The notes under the pieces are model-generated. The model was not told where the DNA came from. It searched no databases and saw only the letters and a program-made list of their open reading frames with translations. Shown here one piece after another: positions 38,719 through 50,451 of a stretch of DNA of 64,000 nt. Every line of letters starts with the position of its first letter. The first letter of the stretch is position 1. Position numbers and translations under genes: made by a program. Location: assembly GCA_963663385.2 (NCBI GenBank), contig CAXXXD010000003.1, positions 1,568,001 to 1,632,000 on the forward strand. The letters are read 5' to 3'. The stretch is from Oceanispirochaeta sp. (GTDB lineage Bacteria > Spirochaetota > Spirochaetia > DSM-2461).

Positions 38719-39453
38719 ATGAAATACAAACTGGAAACCATCCCCGTATGGGATGCCTTCGGAGAGGAGGGTGAGTGCCCCTTCTGTCTATTAATGGAAA
38801 AGGCCCGGGACCGGTATGTTAAATACTATCTTGGGAACTCGGCCATGAACCCGGAAACCCGTGTTGAAGTCAATAGAAGCGGTTTCTGTCCGGAACACTT
38901 CAGTCAGCTCCTCCTGGCCCGGAATCCCCAGCACCTGGGATTGATTGCCCATACCCATCTGCAGGACTGGATGACAGATATTAACAAATCCTTCCCCGGA
39001 GGAAGCGGAAAAAGTTTTCTGGGAAGTCTGAACAGAAAAGGGACTTCTCCTGCGGCACTTTTTTCCGATCATGTGGATGAACGGAAGAACAGCTGTCTGA
39101 TTTGCGACCGGATCGACAGAACCCTCAAGCGCTATACCTTTACAACGATTTATCTGTGGAAACAAAAAGAAGAGGATTTCCGGGATACCCTGGCTGAATC
39201 CAGGGGCTTCTGTCTTCCCCATATGAAGGAGCTGCTTCTGATGGCCGAAGAAATCCTGAGTGCTAAGGAACAGGCGGAATTCTTCCCGTTTATCAAAGGA
39301 ATTCAGGAAAAGAATCTCAAGCGCCTGGAAGAGGAAATTAACTGGTTTACCCAGAAGTTCAAATCAGAAAATCATGACAAGCCCTGGGGAACCGCAGAGG
39401 ATGCCCACTACCGGGTTGTTCAGAAGCTGACAGGAAAAATTACATTTCACTAA
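38719..39453 (+). CDS. DUF6062-like protein with duplicated CxxC...GFCxxH motifs
   Basis: ECPFC/GFCPEH and SCLIC/GFCLPH; MKY..ETIPVWDAF start. Confidence 0.75.
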   Translation: MKYKLETIPVWDAFGEEGECPFCLLMEKARDRYVKYYLGNSAMNPETRVEVNRSGFCPEHFSQLLLARNPQHLGLIAHTHLQDWMTDINKSFPGGSGKSFLGSLNRKGTSPAALFSDHVDERKNSCLICDRIDRTLKRYTFTTIYLWKQKEEDFRDTLAESRGFCLPHMKELLLMAEEILSAKEQAEFFPFIKGIQEKNLKRLEEEINWFTQKFKSENHDKPWGTAEDAHYRVVQKLTGKITFH

Positions 39454-39487
39454 AGGGGATTCCCCTTTTCCCGATGAATTCACACTG

Positions 39488-39519
39488 AAAAAACCTCCGG
39501 ACTGACCGGAGGTTTTTTT
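39488..39519. terminator. Bidirectional intrinsic terminator
   Basis: AAAAAA-CCTCCGG-ACTGA-CCGGAGG-TTTTTTT between convergent genes. Confidence 0.9.
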
Positions 39520-39531
39520 AATGATTAAAGA

Positions 39532-42177
39532 CTATTTCTGCAGTTCAGCCAGATAGACACCCATCTTTTCTATGGCATTGCGGAACTCTTCCATTTTCTC
39601 CTTCTCCTTGGCGATTACCGCCTCGGGGGCATTGGATGCAAACTTGTCATTGGACAGTTTCTTTTCTGTCTGGATCAGCAGCTTTTTATTCTTGTCCAGG
39701 TTTTTCTGCAGCCGGGCTTTCTCCTTATCCACGTCAATAAGATCACGGATAAAGAGGTAGGCTTCAAATGACTTGCCAACCGCCGCAACAGCGCCCTCAT
39801 GGTGTTCTCCTTCCGCCAGTACGGCAAAGTCATCGGATTTAAACAGGGACGAAACCAGACTGCCTTCTGTAGCCAGGAAACCGGCAAAGGCATTATCTTC
39901 TGTTTTTACCCTGACCTTGATAGACCTGGAGGGTGGAATATTAAACTCGGACCGAAAGGTACGTACAGCCTGAACCAGCTCCTGCATCTGCGCAAACTGG
40001 CCTTCCAGATCACTGTTATCCAGACCGGAATCCGCTTCAGGATAGGGGGCTACAATAAGAGGACCGTCAGTACCGGGGATTTTCTGATATATCTCTTCGG
40101 TCAGAAAGGACATAAACGGGTGCAGCAGACGCAGTGACTTGTTCAGAACGTCCAGAAGGATTGTAACAGCACGATCCTTTTCAGATTCGTCCTTACTATA
40201 GAGGTACAGCTTACTGGCTTCTATATACCAGTCACAGAAATCATTCCAGAAAAACTCATACACACTATGAGACATGTCATCAAAACGGTAAGCTTCCACC
40301 GCCTTTTCCACACTGCGGATAGCGCCGTTCAGCCGGTGATAGATCCATCTGTCAGCAGCTTTCAATTCTACCTCGGAAGGATCTTTCAGCTCCCGTCCCT
40401 CCAGGTTCATCAGGATGTAACGGGCGGCATTCCAAACCTTGTTGCAGAAACGGCTTCCCAGTTTGATATCATCCATATCCAGAGGGATATCCTGTCCCTG
40501 GGCGGAAAGATAAGCCAGGGTAAACTTCATGGCATCCGCTCCGTATTTGTCCACTATATCAAGGGGATCGATCCCGTTTCCAAGGGATTTGGACATTTTC
40601 CGCCCCTGCTTGTCCCTGACAAGGGGGGTAATATAAATATCCCTGAAAGGAGCTTCTTCAAGGAACTCCTCCGATGCCATTATCATCCTTGCCACCCAGA
40701 AAAAGATAATATCGTATCCCGTAACCAGAGTGGATGTGGGGAAAAACTTTTTCAGATCGTCCGTTTTTTCAGGCCAGCCCAGAGTGGAGAACGGCCAGAG
40801 CCAGGAGCTGAACCAGGTGTCCAGAACATCGGGGTCCTGTTTCAGATCAGAACAGCCGCAGCGGCTGCACTCAGTGGGATCATTTCTATCTACAATCAGG
40901 TGACCGCACTCACTGCAGGTCCAGGCGGGTATACGGTGCCCCCACCAGAGCTGCCGGGAAATACACCAGTCACGGATTCCGCCGAGCCAGTGTTTATAGG
41001 TATTTTCCCAGCGTTTGGGATAGAATCGGATCCGGTCATTTTCCCAGGCGTTCATGGCCTTTTCCGCCATGCCTTCCATCTTAACAAACCACTGATCCGA
41101 CATGTAGGGTTCAATCACCGTATTACAGCGGTAGCAGTGTCCCACCTGATGGGGCTGATCCTCGATTTTAGTCAGGAATCCTCCCTCTTCCAGAGCTTTA
41201 ATGGTGGCTTTCCGGGCTGTTTTAACATCCATCCCCACAAACTGTTCGGGAACATTTCCGTTAAGAGTTCCATCCCCGTTCAGTATATTGATCCGTTCCA
41301 GATTATGTCTGTTTCCGATCTCCCAGTCGTTGGGGTCATGGGCCGGGGTGATTTTCACGGCACCAGAACCGAAATCCATTTTACAGTAACTGTCGGTAAT
41401 AATTTCTATTTTCCGGTCTGTAAGGGGCAGGTCAAGTGTTTTGCCTACCACATCCTTATACCGTTCATCATCGGGATGAACGGCAACTGCCGTGTCCCCG
41501 AACATGGTTTCAGGCCTGGTTGTGGCTACTTCGATAAATCCGCTTCCGTCAGTGAGGGGGTATTTCACATGGTGCAGGGCTCCGGGAGCCTCTTCGTGCT
41601 CAACTTCATCATCCGCCAGAGCCGTACCGCAGGAGGGGCACCAGTTAACCAGGTACTCACCTTTATAAATCAAATCCCTTTCATAGAGGGTGACGAAAAC
41701 TTCACGGACCGCTCCGGAGAGACCATCATCCATGGTGAATCGTTCCCGGCTCCAGTCGCAGGATGCCCCGATTTTTTTCAGCTGTCTGGTGATGATGCTG
41801 TGGTGCTCGTCCTTTACCTTCCAGGTTTCCTCAAGGAATTTTTCCCTGCCCAGATCATGCCTGGACTGACCCTTGGCCTTCAGTTTGCGTTCCACCACAT
41901 TCTGTGTGGCAATACCGGCGTGATCCGTTCCGGGAACCCAGAGTGTGGGTCTTCCCTGCATGCGGTGATAGCGAATCAGAATATCCTGGAGAGAGTTGTT
42001 AAGACCGTGCCCCATATGGAGAACACCGGTAACATTGGGGGGCGGGATAACTATGACAAAGGGGTCTTTCGAATCGTCCCCGGCAGGCTGAAAATACTTT
42101 CCTTCCTCCCAGAACTGGTAGATTCTGTCTTCGAATTCACCCGGATTATAAGTTTTCTCAAGTTCAATAGCCTTCAT
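39532..42177 (-). CDS. valS: Valyl-tRNA synthetase
   Basis: PPPNVTGVLHMGH, DWCISRQLWWGH, KMSKS, C-terminal coiled coil. Confidence 0.97.
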   Translation of the reverse strand: MKAIELEKTYNPGEFEDRIYQFWEEGKYFQPAGDDSKDPFVIVIPPPNVTGVLHMGHGLNNSLQDILIRYHRMQGRPTLWVPGTDHAGIATQNVVERKLKAKGQSRHDLGREKFLEETWKVKDEHHSIITRQLKKIGASCDWSRERFTMDDGLSGAVREVFVTLYERDLIYKGEYLVNWCPSCGTALADDEVEHEEAPGALHHVKYPLTDGSGFIEVATTRPETMFGDTAVAVHPDDERYKDVVGKTLDLPLTDRKIEIITDSYCKMDFGSGAVKITPAHDPNDWEIGNRHNLERINILNGDGTLNGNVPEQFVGMDVKTARKATIKALEEGGFLTKIEDQPHQVGHCYRCNTVIEPYMSDQWFVKMEGMAEKAMNAWENDRIRFYPKRWENTYKHWLGGIRDWCISRQLWWGHRIPAWTCSECGHLIVDRNDPTECSRCGCSDLKQDPDVLDTWFSSWLWPFSTLGWPEKTDDLKKFFPTSTLVTGYDIIFFWVARMIMASEEFLEEAPFRDIYITPLVRDKQGRKMSKSLGNGIDPLDIVDKYGADAMKFTLAYLSAQGQDIPLDMDDIKLGSRFCNKVWNAARYILMNLEGRELKDPSEVELKAADRWIYHRLNGAIRSVEKAVEAYRFDDMSHSVYEFFWNDFCDWYIEASKLYLYSKDESEKDRAVTILLDVLNKSLRLLHPFMSFLTEEIYQKIPGTDGPLIVAPYPEADSGLDNSDLEGQFAQMQELVQAVRTFRSEFNIPPSRSIKVRVKTEDNAFAGFLATEGSLVSSLFKSDDFAVLAEGEHHEGAVAAVGKSFEAYLFIRDLIDVDKEKARLQKNLDKNKKLLIQTEKKLSNDKFASNAPEAVIAKEKEKMEEFRNAIEKMGVYLAELQK

Positions 42178-42326
42178 TATCCCATCCTTAAAAAATGTAT
42201 CACCGAATAGTACATAATAGAGGCTAAAAAATCAATCTGTATGGGAAAAGAGGAGCAGGCCGGTTATAAATATTCCCTATTGAAATAGGCGCAAAGACAG
42301 GGCATAATACAGGTTTGCGAGGTTAT

Positions 42327-42749
42327 ATGGCAACGGAACATACAGAAACTGCAAGGGAACTACTCAAAAGAGGCAGCTATGCCAGCATTGCCATCACAGA
42401 CGGAAATGAACCTTATATCATAGCCCTTAATTACGGACTCGATGAGGAAGAGGACATCCTCTATTTTTGCACGGAAAAAAGCGGTATGAAACTGGATTTC
42501 CTTAAAAGCAACTCCTACGTCTGCGGCTCCGTAATTATTGGAACAGAGAGAGGATCCGACGAAGCATACTCCTCTTTCGAATCCTGCATCTTCAGGGGTA
42601 TTATGGAAGTCATACATAACAGCGAGGAACAACAGAGAGCGGTAAAAACGATCCGTTATCGTCCCGATACTGCTGCCATGACAAATCCCATGATCATGCG
42701 CCTGGAAATTGAGGAGATGGAAAGACGAAACAGAAACATGCCCCGCTGA
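42327..42749 (+). CDS. Pyridoxamine 5'-phosphate oxidase-like (NimA-like) flavin-binding protein
   Basis: PYIIALNYG, LYF...G.KLD.LK.N..VC, FESCIFRG. Confidence 0.8.
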   Translation: MATEHTETARELLKRGSYASIAITDGNEPYIIALNYGLDEEEDILYFCTEKSGMKLDFLKSNSYVCGSVIIGTERGSDEAYSSFESCIFRGIMEVIHNSEEQQRAVKTIRYRPDTAAMTNPMIMRLEIEEMERRNRNMPR

Positions 42750-43325
42750 TCAGCGCTCGTCTATCAGAAGTCTTCCCATAAGCCTTTTAGGCACATGGTG
42801 CACATCATTTTCATCCCGATAGTAAGCGGTACTGCCCTGCTCTTTCATATCTTCCAGAATGACCTTTTCTCCGGAATACCCGAATGCCATAACCAGACAG
42901 GGATCCTGGTGTTCTTCCAGCCCCAGAGCAACCTTCACGGAACTCTTCCCGAATGACCCGATCATACAGCAGCCTACACCTTCCGCCGCTGCTCCCAGAA
43001 CCATACTCTGCCCCACGATACCATGGTCACAGCTTGGGTTGGCGCTTATCTGTTTATCCAGCACAATAACCACATAACCAGTGGGCTGCTCATTCTCTGC
43101 CGGTCCATCCCAGTCTTCCAGAGCCTTGGCCCATGCCAGCAAAGGAAACAGCTTATCCCGGTTTTCCTTTTTTTCTATGGTGATGAACTTCAGAAACTGC
43201 ATATTTCCGGAACTTGGACTGAGACGGGCATACTGTACCATCCTGTTCAGAAAACCCTCAGGCAGGGGTTTCTGATCGAATCGTCTATACGTTCTGGCGC
43301 GGCTGATCAATTCGATAAATTTCAT
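42750..43325 (-). CDS. Nitroreductase-family protein
   Basis: RTYRRF, SPSSGNMQ, GVGCCMIGS, HHVPKR. Confidence 0.88.
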   Translation of the reverse strand: MKFIELISRARTYRRFDQKPLPEGFLNRMVQYARLSPSSGNMQFLKFITIEKKENRDKLFPLLAWAKALEDWDGPAENEQPTGYVVIVLDKQISANPSCDHGIVGQSMVLGAAAEGVGCCMIGSFGKSSVKVALGLEEHQDPCLVMAFGYSGEKVILEDMKEQGSTAYYRDENDVHHVPKRLMGRLLIDER

Positions 43326-43350
43326 TGATTTTCTCCTTTTACCGAATTAT

Positions 43351-43387
43351 AAAAAAAAGAAACGGCCCCCGCAAGGAGTCCGTTCCT
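43351..43387 (-). terminator. Intrinsic terminator after secF
   Basis: GC-rich stem (GGAACGGACTCC/GGGGGCCGTTTC) followed by a T-run on the minus strand. Confidence 0.7.
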
Positions 43388-43423
43388 GTTATTACAAATC
43401 CGGGACGAAAAATCGGACAGGAT

Positions 43424-44482
43424 TTATTTTTTCTTCTTTTTCTTCTCTTTGGTTTTCTTCTTTCTGGCAGTAGCTTCGGCTATCTCCTCGGCTGTCTGTT
43501 TAACAGCGTCTTCCTTGGGAGCCGCTTTTTTTTCCGGAGCAGTTTTTACCGCAGCTGGCTCCCTGGCACTGGAAGAAGCTACCGCTTTCGCTTTCTTCAC
43601 CTCTGCATCATGCCAGCCCAGAAGGATAGTGGATGCAATAAAGATAGAAGAGTATGTACCGACGATTATACCGACGATCAGACTCAGAGCAAAAGTCCTG
43701 ATGGTCCCCGTTCCAATCAAAAAGATAAACAGTACCGCAATAAAGGTTGTAAAAGAAGTAATCAGGGTTCTTCTCAGAGACTGGGTAATGGAAATATTGA
43801 TAATTTCCATAAACTTTTTGTCCTTGATAAGTCTTGTGTTTTCCCTGATTCTATCGAAAATAACAATTGTATCATTCAATGAGTAACCTACGATGGTCAG
43901 TACCGCAGCAATGGTAGCTGTTGAAAACTCCAGCTGCATTACACCGATAAATCCCATAAGGAACAGCACGTCATGAACAATGGCCACAATAGCGGAAACA
44001 GCATAATTCAAACGGAAACGGAACCAGATATAAATCAGGATCAGCGTCATTGCCACAATAGTCAGAAAAAATGTCTGGGATGACAGGTTTCCGGCCAGTC
44101 GGGCACCGACAAACTCGGTTGAAAGCACCTCTACAGAAGAGGCCCCGAACTTATCTTCCAGAGAAGACTTGATCTTCTCTTCTGCGACTGCCTGAAAGTT
44201 TTTAACACTTTCATCTTCACCTACACGAATCATGTAGTTGTTGTCTGCAGGATCACCGATGGTCTGTACCTGCAGGGCGTCAATTCCGCTAAGGGCAGCC
44301 TTTACATCCGCAATATCATCTGCCCCCTTAACCTCAACCCTCTGGCTGAGACCTGACCGGAAATCAATACCGAAGTTGAAACCGCCCTGAACATATGTTC
44401 CTGCCCAGAAGAGGACAATCAAACCGACGGAAACAGCCAGCCAGATAAATCTGCTTTTGGTGAAATTAATAACTTTATCCAT
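43424..44482 (-). CDS. secF: Protein translocase subunit SecF
   Basis: GIDFRSG, HDVL, GYSLNDTIVIFDRIRE, RRTLITS, GTYSSIFIA; TAATG overlap with secD. Confidence 0.95.
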   Translation of the reverse strand: MDKVINFTKSRFIWLAVSVGLIVLFWAGTYVQGGFNFGIDFRSGLSQRVEVKGADDIADVKAALSGIDALQVQTIGDPADNNYMIRVGEDESVKNFQAVAEEKIKSSLEDKFGASSVEVLSTEFVGARLAGNLSSQTFFLTIVAMTLILIYIWFRFRLNYAVSAIVAIVHDVLFLMGFIGVMQLEFSTATIAAVLTIVGYSLNDTIVIFDRIRENTRLIKDKKFMEIINISITQSLRRTLITSFTTFIAVLFIFLIGTGTIRTFALSLIVGIIVGTYSSIFIASTILLGWHDAEVKKAKAVASSSAREPAAVKTAPEKKAAPKEDAVKQTAEEIAEATARKKKTKEKKKKKK

Positions 44483-46206
44483 TATTTGCGCCCCCAACCG
44501 ATGCTGATACTATCTCTTTTCATCACATCAGTTCCGAAATCGAAAATCAGACGGGAAACAAAAATGGCTGTAAAGAGTGAGCAGACGATACCGACAGCAA
44601 GAGTAACGGCGAATCCCTGAACGGGGCCTTTACTGAGCTGTGACAGAAAGATCGCTGCAATAAAAGTTGTAATGTTGGCATCCATAATCGTCCAGAAAGC
44701 CTTCTTGAAACCGGCTTCCACGGCGGCTGCCCGGGATTTTCCCAGAGCCAGTTCTTCACGGATACGTTCAAATATAATAACGTTGGCATCCACCGCCATA
44801 CCCACATTAAGAATAAGACCGGCGATACTGGTCATTGTCAATGTCATATTAAAAGAGGATAGAATGGCAACGATAAAAACCAGGTTTAAAATAAGAGCCA
44901 GGTCGGCAACCAGTCCGGCGCCTTTATAGTAGAGAAGCATGAAAACAAATACGGCGATAAATCCGTACATAATCGCTCTCAAACCGGATTCAATGGCATC
45001 GCTTCCGAGGGACGCTCCGACAGCCTGTTCATTGATGATTTCGAGATCAACAGGAAGAGCTGCAGTTCTGAGAACCAGTTCAAGGTCGTTGGCTTCAGCT
45101 GTATCAAACCCTGTAATTCGGACTGAATCCCTGATGGGTTCGGAAATCCTTGCTGCAGCCTTTACCTTTTCGTCCATTACGACGGCCAGTGTTTTTCCGG
45201 TATTATCAGAGGTAAATTTGTAGAAAATCTCTCCTCCTTCAGAATCCAGATTAAAAATAACATTAGGCTGTCCCGTTACCTGATCGGCAATGGTATCGGC
45301 CTGCTGAATATGGCTTCCTTCCAGACCTACTTCTTCATTAATGACAATGTATCTCTGAAACTGATCGATTCCGTAGCTGTCTTTCTTATAGAATCCGAGA
45401 ACCTTAAGACCCGCTTCAAGCAGTTCCGGATCGGCAGGCCGTCCGTTTTCAAAAACCGCACCGGGATTGGCGGCAACATACTTGGCTATCCTGCTCGTGG
45501 CCGCATCATCAACGATATGAAAGTTCAGGGTACCTTTTCCCATCAGAAATGAGTTAACCCTTTCAGGATCGACTTCACCGGGAATCTCTATAAGGATCTG
45601 ATCATTGGACTGTTTCCGGATGGAGGGTTCTGTAACACCGAACTTGTCAATTCTGTTATTCAGGATTTCCATTGCCAGAGTAATGGCATCCTGCAGATCC
45701 TGTTCGGAAGGAGTTTCACCCAGGCGTTCCGCCAGGCTGTCTTCATCCGCCTGAACAACGACACTCATACCTCCGGACAAGTCCAGACCCAGAAGAAGTG
45801 TTTTATTCTTCATCTCTTTCAGACCGAGGATATCGTCTCTATAGTGCTGTTCAAGTGTATTAAACACTTCGTTACCGGATTGAAATCCCTGCAGAACATT
45901 CTTGACAGTCCACTCGGCAGGAAGATCTTTCTTTTCCAGTTTATAATTTTCTTTGGCCTGATCAATCAGAAAACTGATATCTTCAGGGAATAATGCATCA
46001 GGATCATCCTTAACCAGTACGGTAAGGGTTTCCAGATCTTCAGATGCCGTAACTTTGGCATATTTCTGAATTTCTTCCTTTGATCCATTTGCAAGCGTTT
46101 TCTTTTCCTGAGGGGTAAGAAAGTACCATTTAACTGTCGGTAACAGGAAATACGCACCTAACCCCAGAAAGAAAAGAACAACGACGAATCTCAATCGTTT
46201 GTTCAT
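44482..46206 (-). CDS. secD: Protein translocase subunit SecD
   Basis: LGLDLSGG, RIDKFGVTEP, GMAVDANVIIFERIREE, DANITT. Confidence 0.96.
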   Translation of the reverse strand: MNKRLRFVVVLFFLGLGAYFLLPTVKWYFLTPQEKKTLANGSKEEIQKYAKVTASEDLETLTVLVKDDPDALFPEDISFLIDQAKENYKLEKKDLPAEWTVKNVLQGFQSGNEVFNTLEQHYRDDILGLKEMKNKTLLLGLDLSGGMSVVVQADEDSLAERLGETPSEQDLQDAITLAMEILNNRIDKFGVTEPSIRKQSNDQILIEIPGEVDPERVNSFLMGKGTLNFHIVDDAATSRIAKYVAANPGAVFENGRPADPELLEAGLKVLGFYKKDSYGIDQFQRYIVINEEVGLEGSHIQQADTIADQVTGQPNVIFNLDSEGGEIFYKFTSDNTGKTLAVVMDEKVKAAARISEPIRDSVRITGFDTAEANDLELVLRTAALPVDLEIINEQAVGASLGSDAIESGLRAIMYGFIAVFVFMLLYYKGAGLVADLALILNLVFIVAILSSFNMTLTMTSIAGLILNVGMAVDANVIIFERIREELALGKSRAAAVEAGFKKAFWTIMDANITTFIAAIFLSQLSKGPVQGFAVTLAVGIVCSLFTAIFVSRLIFDFGTDVMKRDSISIGWGRK

Positions 46207-46227
46207 TTACACATCTCCGGTAAGCAA

Positions 46228-46605
46228 TTATTTTTTTTCGGCTTTTTCTTTCTGGTCTTTCTTGTTGTCTTTCTTCTCCGCTTCTGCATTCAGTACGGCA
46301 GATACGGCAGACTTGTTGAATTCCAGCTTGGTATTCTCATCAACCTTGATGATCACAGTCTCATCTTTTACAGATTGGACCGTACCTCTGATACCGCCGA
46401 TAGTAACAACCTTATCGCCCTTTTTCATGGCATTGATCATTGCCTGGGTATCTTTTTGTTTCTTGTTCTGGGGCCGGATAATCAGAAAATAAAAAATTCC
46501 GATTACCAGGGCAAACGTTACTAAACTGGTGGTCATAGATCCCGCAGAAGAAGCTCCTGCTCCAGCGGGGGCGCCCATCAGTAAAGCCAGATTAAAATAT
46601 TCCAT
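46228..46605 (-). CDS. yajC: Preprotein translocase subunit YajC
   Basis: FYFLIIRPQNKK, GDKVVTIGGIRG. Confidence 0.95.
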   Translation of the reverse strand: MEYFNLALLMGAPAGAGASSAGSMTTSLVTFALVIGIFYFLIIRPQNKKQKDTQAMINAMKKGDKVVTIGGIRGTVQSVKDETVIIKVDENTKLEFNKSAVSAVLNAEAEKKDNKKDQKEKAEKK

Positions 46606-46674
46606 AATATTCTATCCTCGGATTTTAAAGATTTGGTAAAATTATCACAGAAAATCTGTTCCCGTCAAGAAACG

Positions 46675-46968
46675 TCAAATCCTCTTGACTCGGCTTATTC
46701 CTTCCGGAACAATAAACACACCGAAGAGTCTTTTCAATTCCTCAACAGATGAATACCGGGACCCGCAATCTGCATTGTAGCTCCTCAGAACAGCCTCCTG
46801 ATCTTCAACGCTCCCCTTATAGAGGGCTTTACTGAATGCCTGCTTATACAGTCCTTTTTCCAATAGCTGACCAACGTCCATGCTACCGTACTTATTCAGA
46901 TTGCCCTTATCAACTATGGAAGAGTTTCCCGAGTATCCGATGGTATTGCTGAATTCCTCGATTTTCAT
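46675..46968 (-). CDS. Hypothetical protein
   Basis: 97-aa ORF with GAGG RBS. Confidence 0.75.
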   Translation of the reverse strand: MKIEEFSNTIGYSGNSSIVDKGNLNKYGSMDVGQLLEKGLYKQAFSKALYKGSVEDQEAVLRSYNADCGSRYSSVEELKRLFGVFIVPEGISRVKRI

Positions 46969-47043
46969 CTAAACCTCTCTGCTTGAATGATTCTATCAGC
47001 ACTGTAATAAAAAGTATACAGATAATTTCAATTGTTTCGGCCC

Positions 47044-47073
47044 AAAAAAAGGGGAAGCTTAACGCCTCCCCTT
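47044..47073 (-). terminator. Intrinsic terminator after groEL
   Basis: GGGGAGGC-GTTAA-GCTTCCCC-TTTTTTT on the minus strand. Confidence 0.8.
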
Positions 47074-47105
47074 CCCTTAAACAGGTAGGACTGCATCAGG
47101 GGGAA

Positions 47106-48854
<1,749 letters not shown>

Positions 48855-48873
48855 GGAATATTTAGCTAAATAA

Positions 48874-49638
48874 TTATGAAAATTTTCCGGAATGATAACC
48901 GGGAAAGCGAATCTCGCCGGCCAGAACGGTTTTGGTCATTCCGGAAGACAGCTCTTTGACAGTAAGAAAACCTTCTTCTGAAAGCCCTTCAATTCGGACA
49001 GAAATATCCTTTCCCTCTTCTGCGGAGCCCTCCCGGAAGACAACAACTCTGTTTAAACCGTAAAGCCGGGCGTTTATTTTCCGTTTCCAGTCGGTTGATT
49101 CATATACAGCCCGCAACTCGGCCAGAAGAGCGGGGAGAACAAAACCCGGCGAACACTTTTTATCCGTATTCTGGGCAATCGAAGTGGAAGATCTTTTAAA
49201 TTCTCCTTCAAACCTGCTTTGCAGACAGTTCAGTCCAATTCCGACATCAATGTATTCCTTCCGGGATTCACAGAGGATGCCGGAAATTTTCTTACCGTCC
49301 ACAAGTACATCATTGGGCCATTTAATCCGGGAATCCAGGCCGTATTCTTTCCGAAGCAGCTCTGAGATGCCAAGACCTGTCAGAAGGGGGATCCGATAGG
49401 GAGGGTGTTTCATCATTCCCGCTTCCAGCTGCAGAGTCATCAGGAGATTCTGATCCGATTCGGATTCCCATTTCCGTCCGGGGATCCGGCCCCGTCCCTT
49501 CTCCTGAAACCCTGTGAACAGGACTGTCCCGTGACCATATTCACGCAGGGATGTAATATCGTGCATTGTGGACCCGGTTATATCCTTATAAAATACAGGA
49601 GACGGTCCGAAGGGATTATTCACTTCAGTTTTTATCAT
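48874..49638 (-). CDS. birA: Biotin--acetyl-CoA-carboxylase ligase (no HTH domain)
   Basis: GST, QEKGRGR, KWPNDV, KKISGILCE, GIGLN. Confidence 0.92.
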   Translation of the reverse strand: MIKTEVNNPFGPSPVFYKDITGSTMHDITSLREYGHGTVLFTGFQEKGRGRIPGRKWESESDQNLLMTLQLEAGMMKHPPYRIPLLTGLGISELLRKEYGLDSRIKWPNDVLVDGKKISGILCESRKEYIDVGIGLNCLQSRFEGEFKRSSTSIAQNTDKKCSPGFVLPALLAELRAVYESTDWKRKINARLYGLNRVVVFREGSAEEGKDISVRIEGLSEEGFLTVKELSSGMTKTVLAGEIRFPGYHSGKFS

Positions 49639-49712
49639 GAAAAGGATTATACCGGAATTGTATTTTATAAAACAGGTTGATCTTTCCGGCGACTTAGATT
49701 AATAAATAACAT

Positions 49713-50354
49713 ATGCTAAAAAAGACCTTCCTTCTGATTGCCCTGTTAACCGGTTTTTTTTCCCTGACCGGTCAGGAAGCCAGAGATATGTTCAGAGCCA
49801 TAGCCAATGCAGATTACCTGACGGCCGAAAGCCTGCTTGCTCAGGGGCTCGACCCCAATGTCAGAGATGGAAGGGACAGATCTGCTCTTCATTTGGCCAT
49901 TTTATATGAAAATGATCAGATCGGCGCCATTCTGGTTCTGGGAGGAGCCGATACGGACGGATACGACAGCGATGGAGACTCACTCCTCTACCTTGCCGTT
50001 CTCAGGGGGATGGAACAGACCGCTACCGCCATGATTCGAAATGGCGCCGATCCGAATTTTATTAATCAGTACGGCAACAGTGTCCTGGTAATGTCCATTA
50101 TAAAAGGTATGATACTGACATCCCGGGAGCTTGTCCTTCACGGGGCCGAACCCAATACGGTCTCCAATGCGGGAATATCCTGTTTGATGCTTTCTGTAAA
50201 GAAAGGGCTGAGGGAAACAGCCGAAGAGCTGGTCATAAGAGGTGCAGAGGTAAATGTTCATGACAGCAACGGCTACACTCCCCTCATGATAGCCACATGG
50301 CGTCAGTATGAAACCCTCCGCAGGCTGCTCATAGAGTACGGAGCCGTTAAATAA
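49713..50354 (+). CDS. Exported ankyrin-repeat protein
   Basis: Signal peptide; repeated GA(D/E)(P/V)N / SALHLA / TPLMIA units. Confidence 0.88.
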   Translation: MLKKTFLLIALLTGFFSLTGQEARDMFRAIANADYLTAESLLAQGLDPNVRDGRDRSALHLAILYENDQIGAILVLGGADTDGYDSDGDSLLYLAVLRGMEQTATAMIRNGADPNFINQYGNSVLVMSIIKGMILTSRELVLHGAEPNTVSNAGISCLMLSVKKGLRETAEELVIRGAEVNVHDSNGYTPLMIATWRQYETLRRLLIEYGAVK

Positions 50355-50385
50355 AACCAATCCTCAAGTTTTTATTAAAATAATC

Positions 50386-50443
50386 TTGCATAATACTGGC
50401 AATGGCTGTATGTTTATACAAAATTAAGGAATAAATATACGAC
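50386..50443 (+). promoter_or_regulatory. arg promoter with tandem ARG boxes
   Basis: TTGCAT - 17 nt - TATGTT; 18-bp boxes 50405-50422 (core TGTATGTTTATACA) and 50426-50443 (core GGAATAAATATACG), 3 bp apart. Confidence 0.75.
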
Positions 50444-50451
50444 ACAGTAAT

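Noticed and set aside
40267..42210. 647-aa ORF antisense to valS (tempting as sense/antisense synthetase coding)
   Set aside because: Same in-register shadow effect; no class II synthetase motifs visible
42178..42326. T-box leader before valS (also checked before glnS)
   Set aside because: Regions are too short and show no T-box or antiterminator; only a small hairpin at about 35909-35925 before glnS
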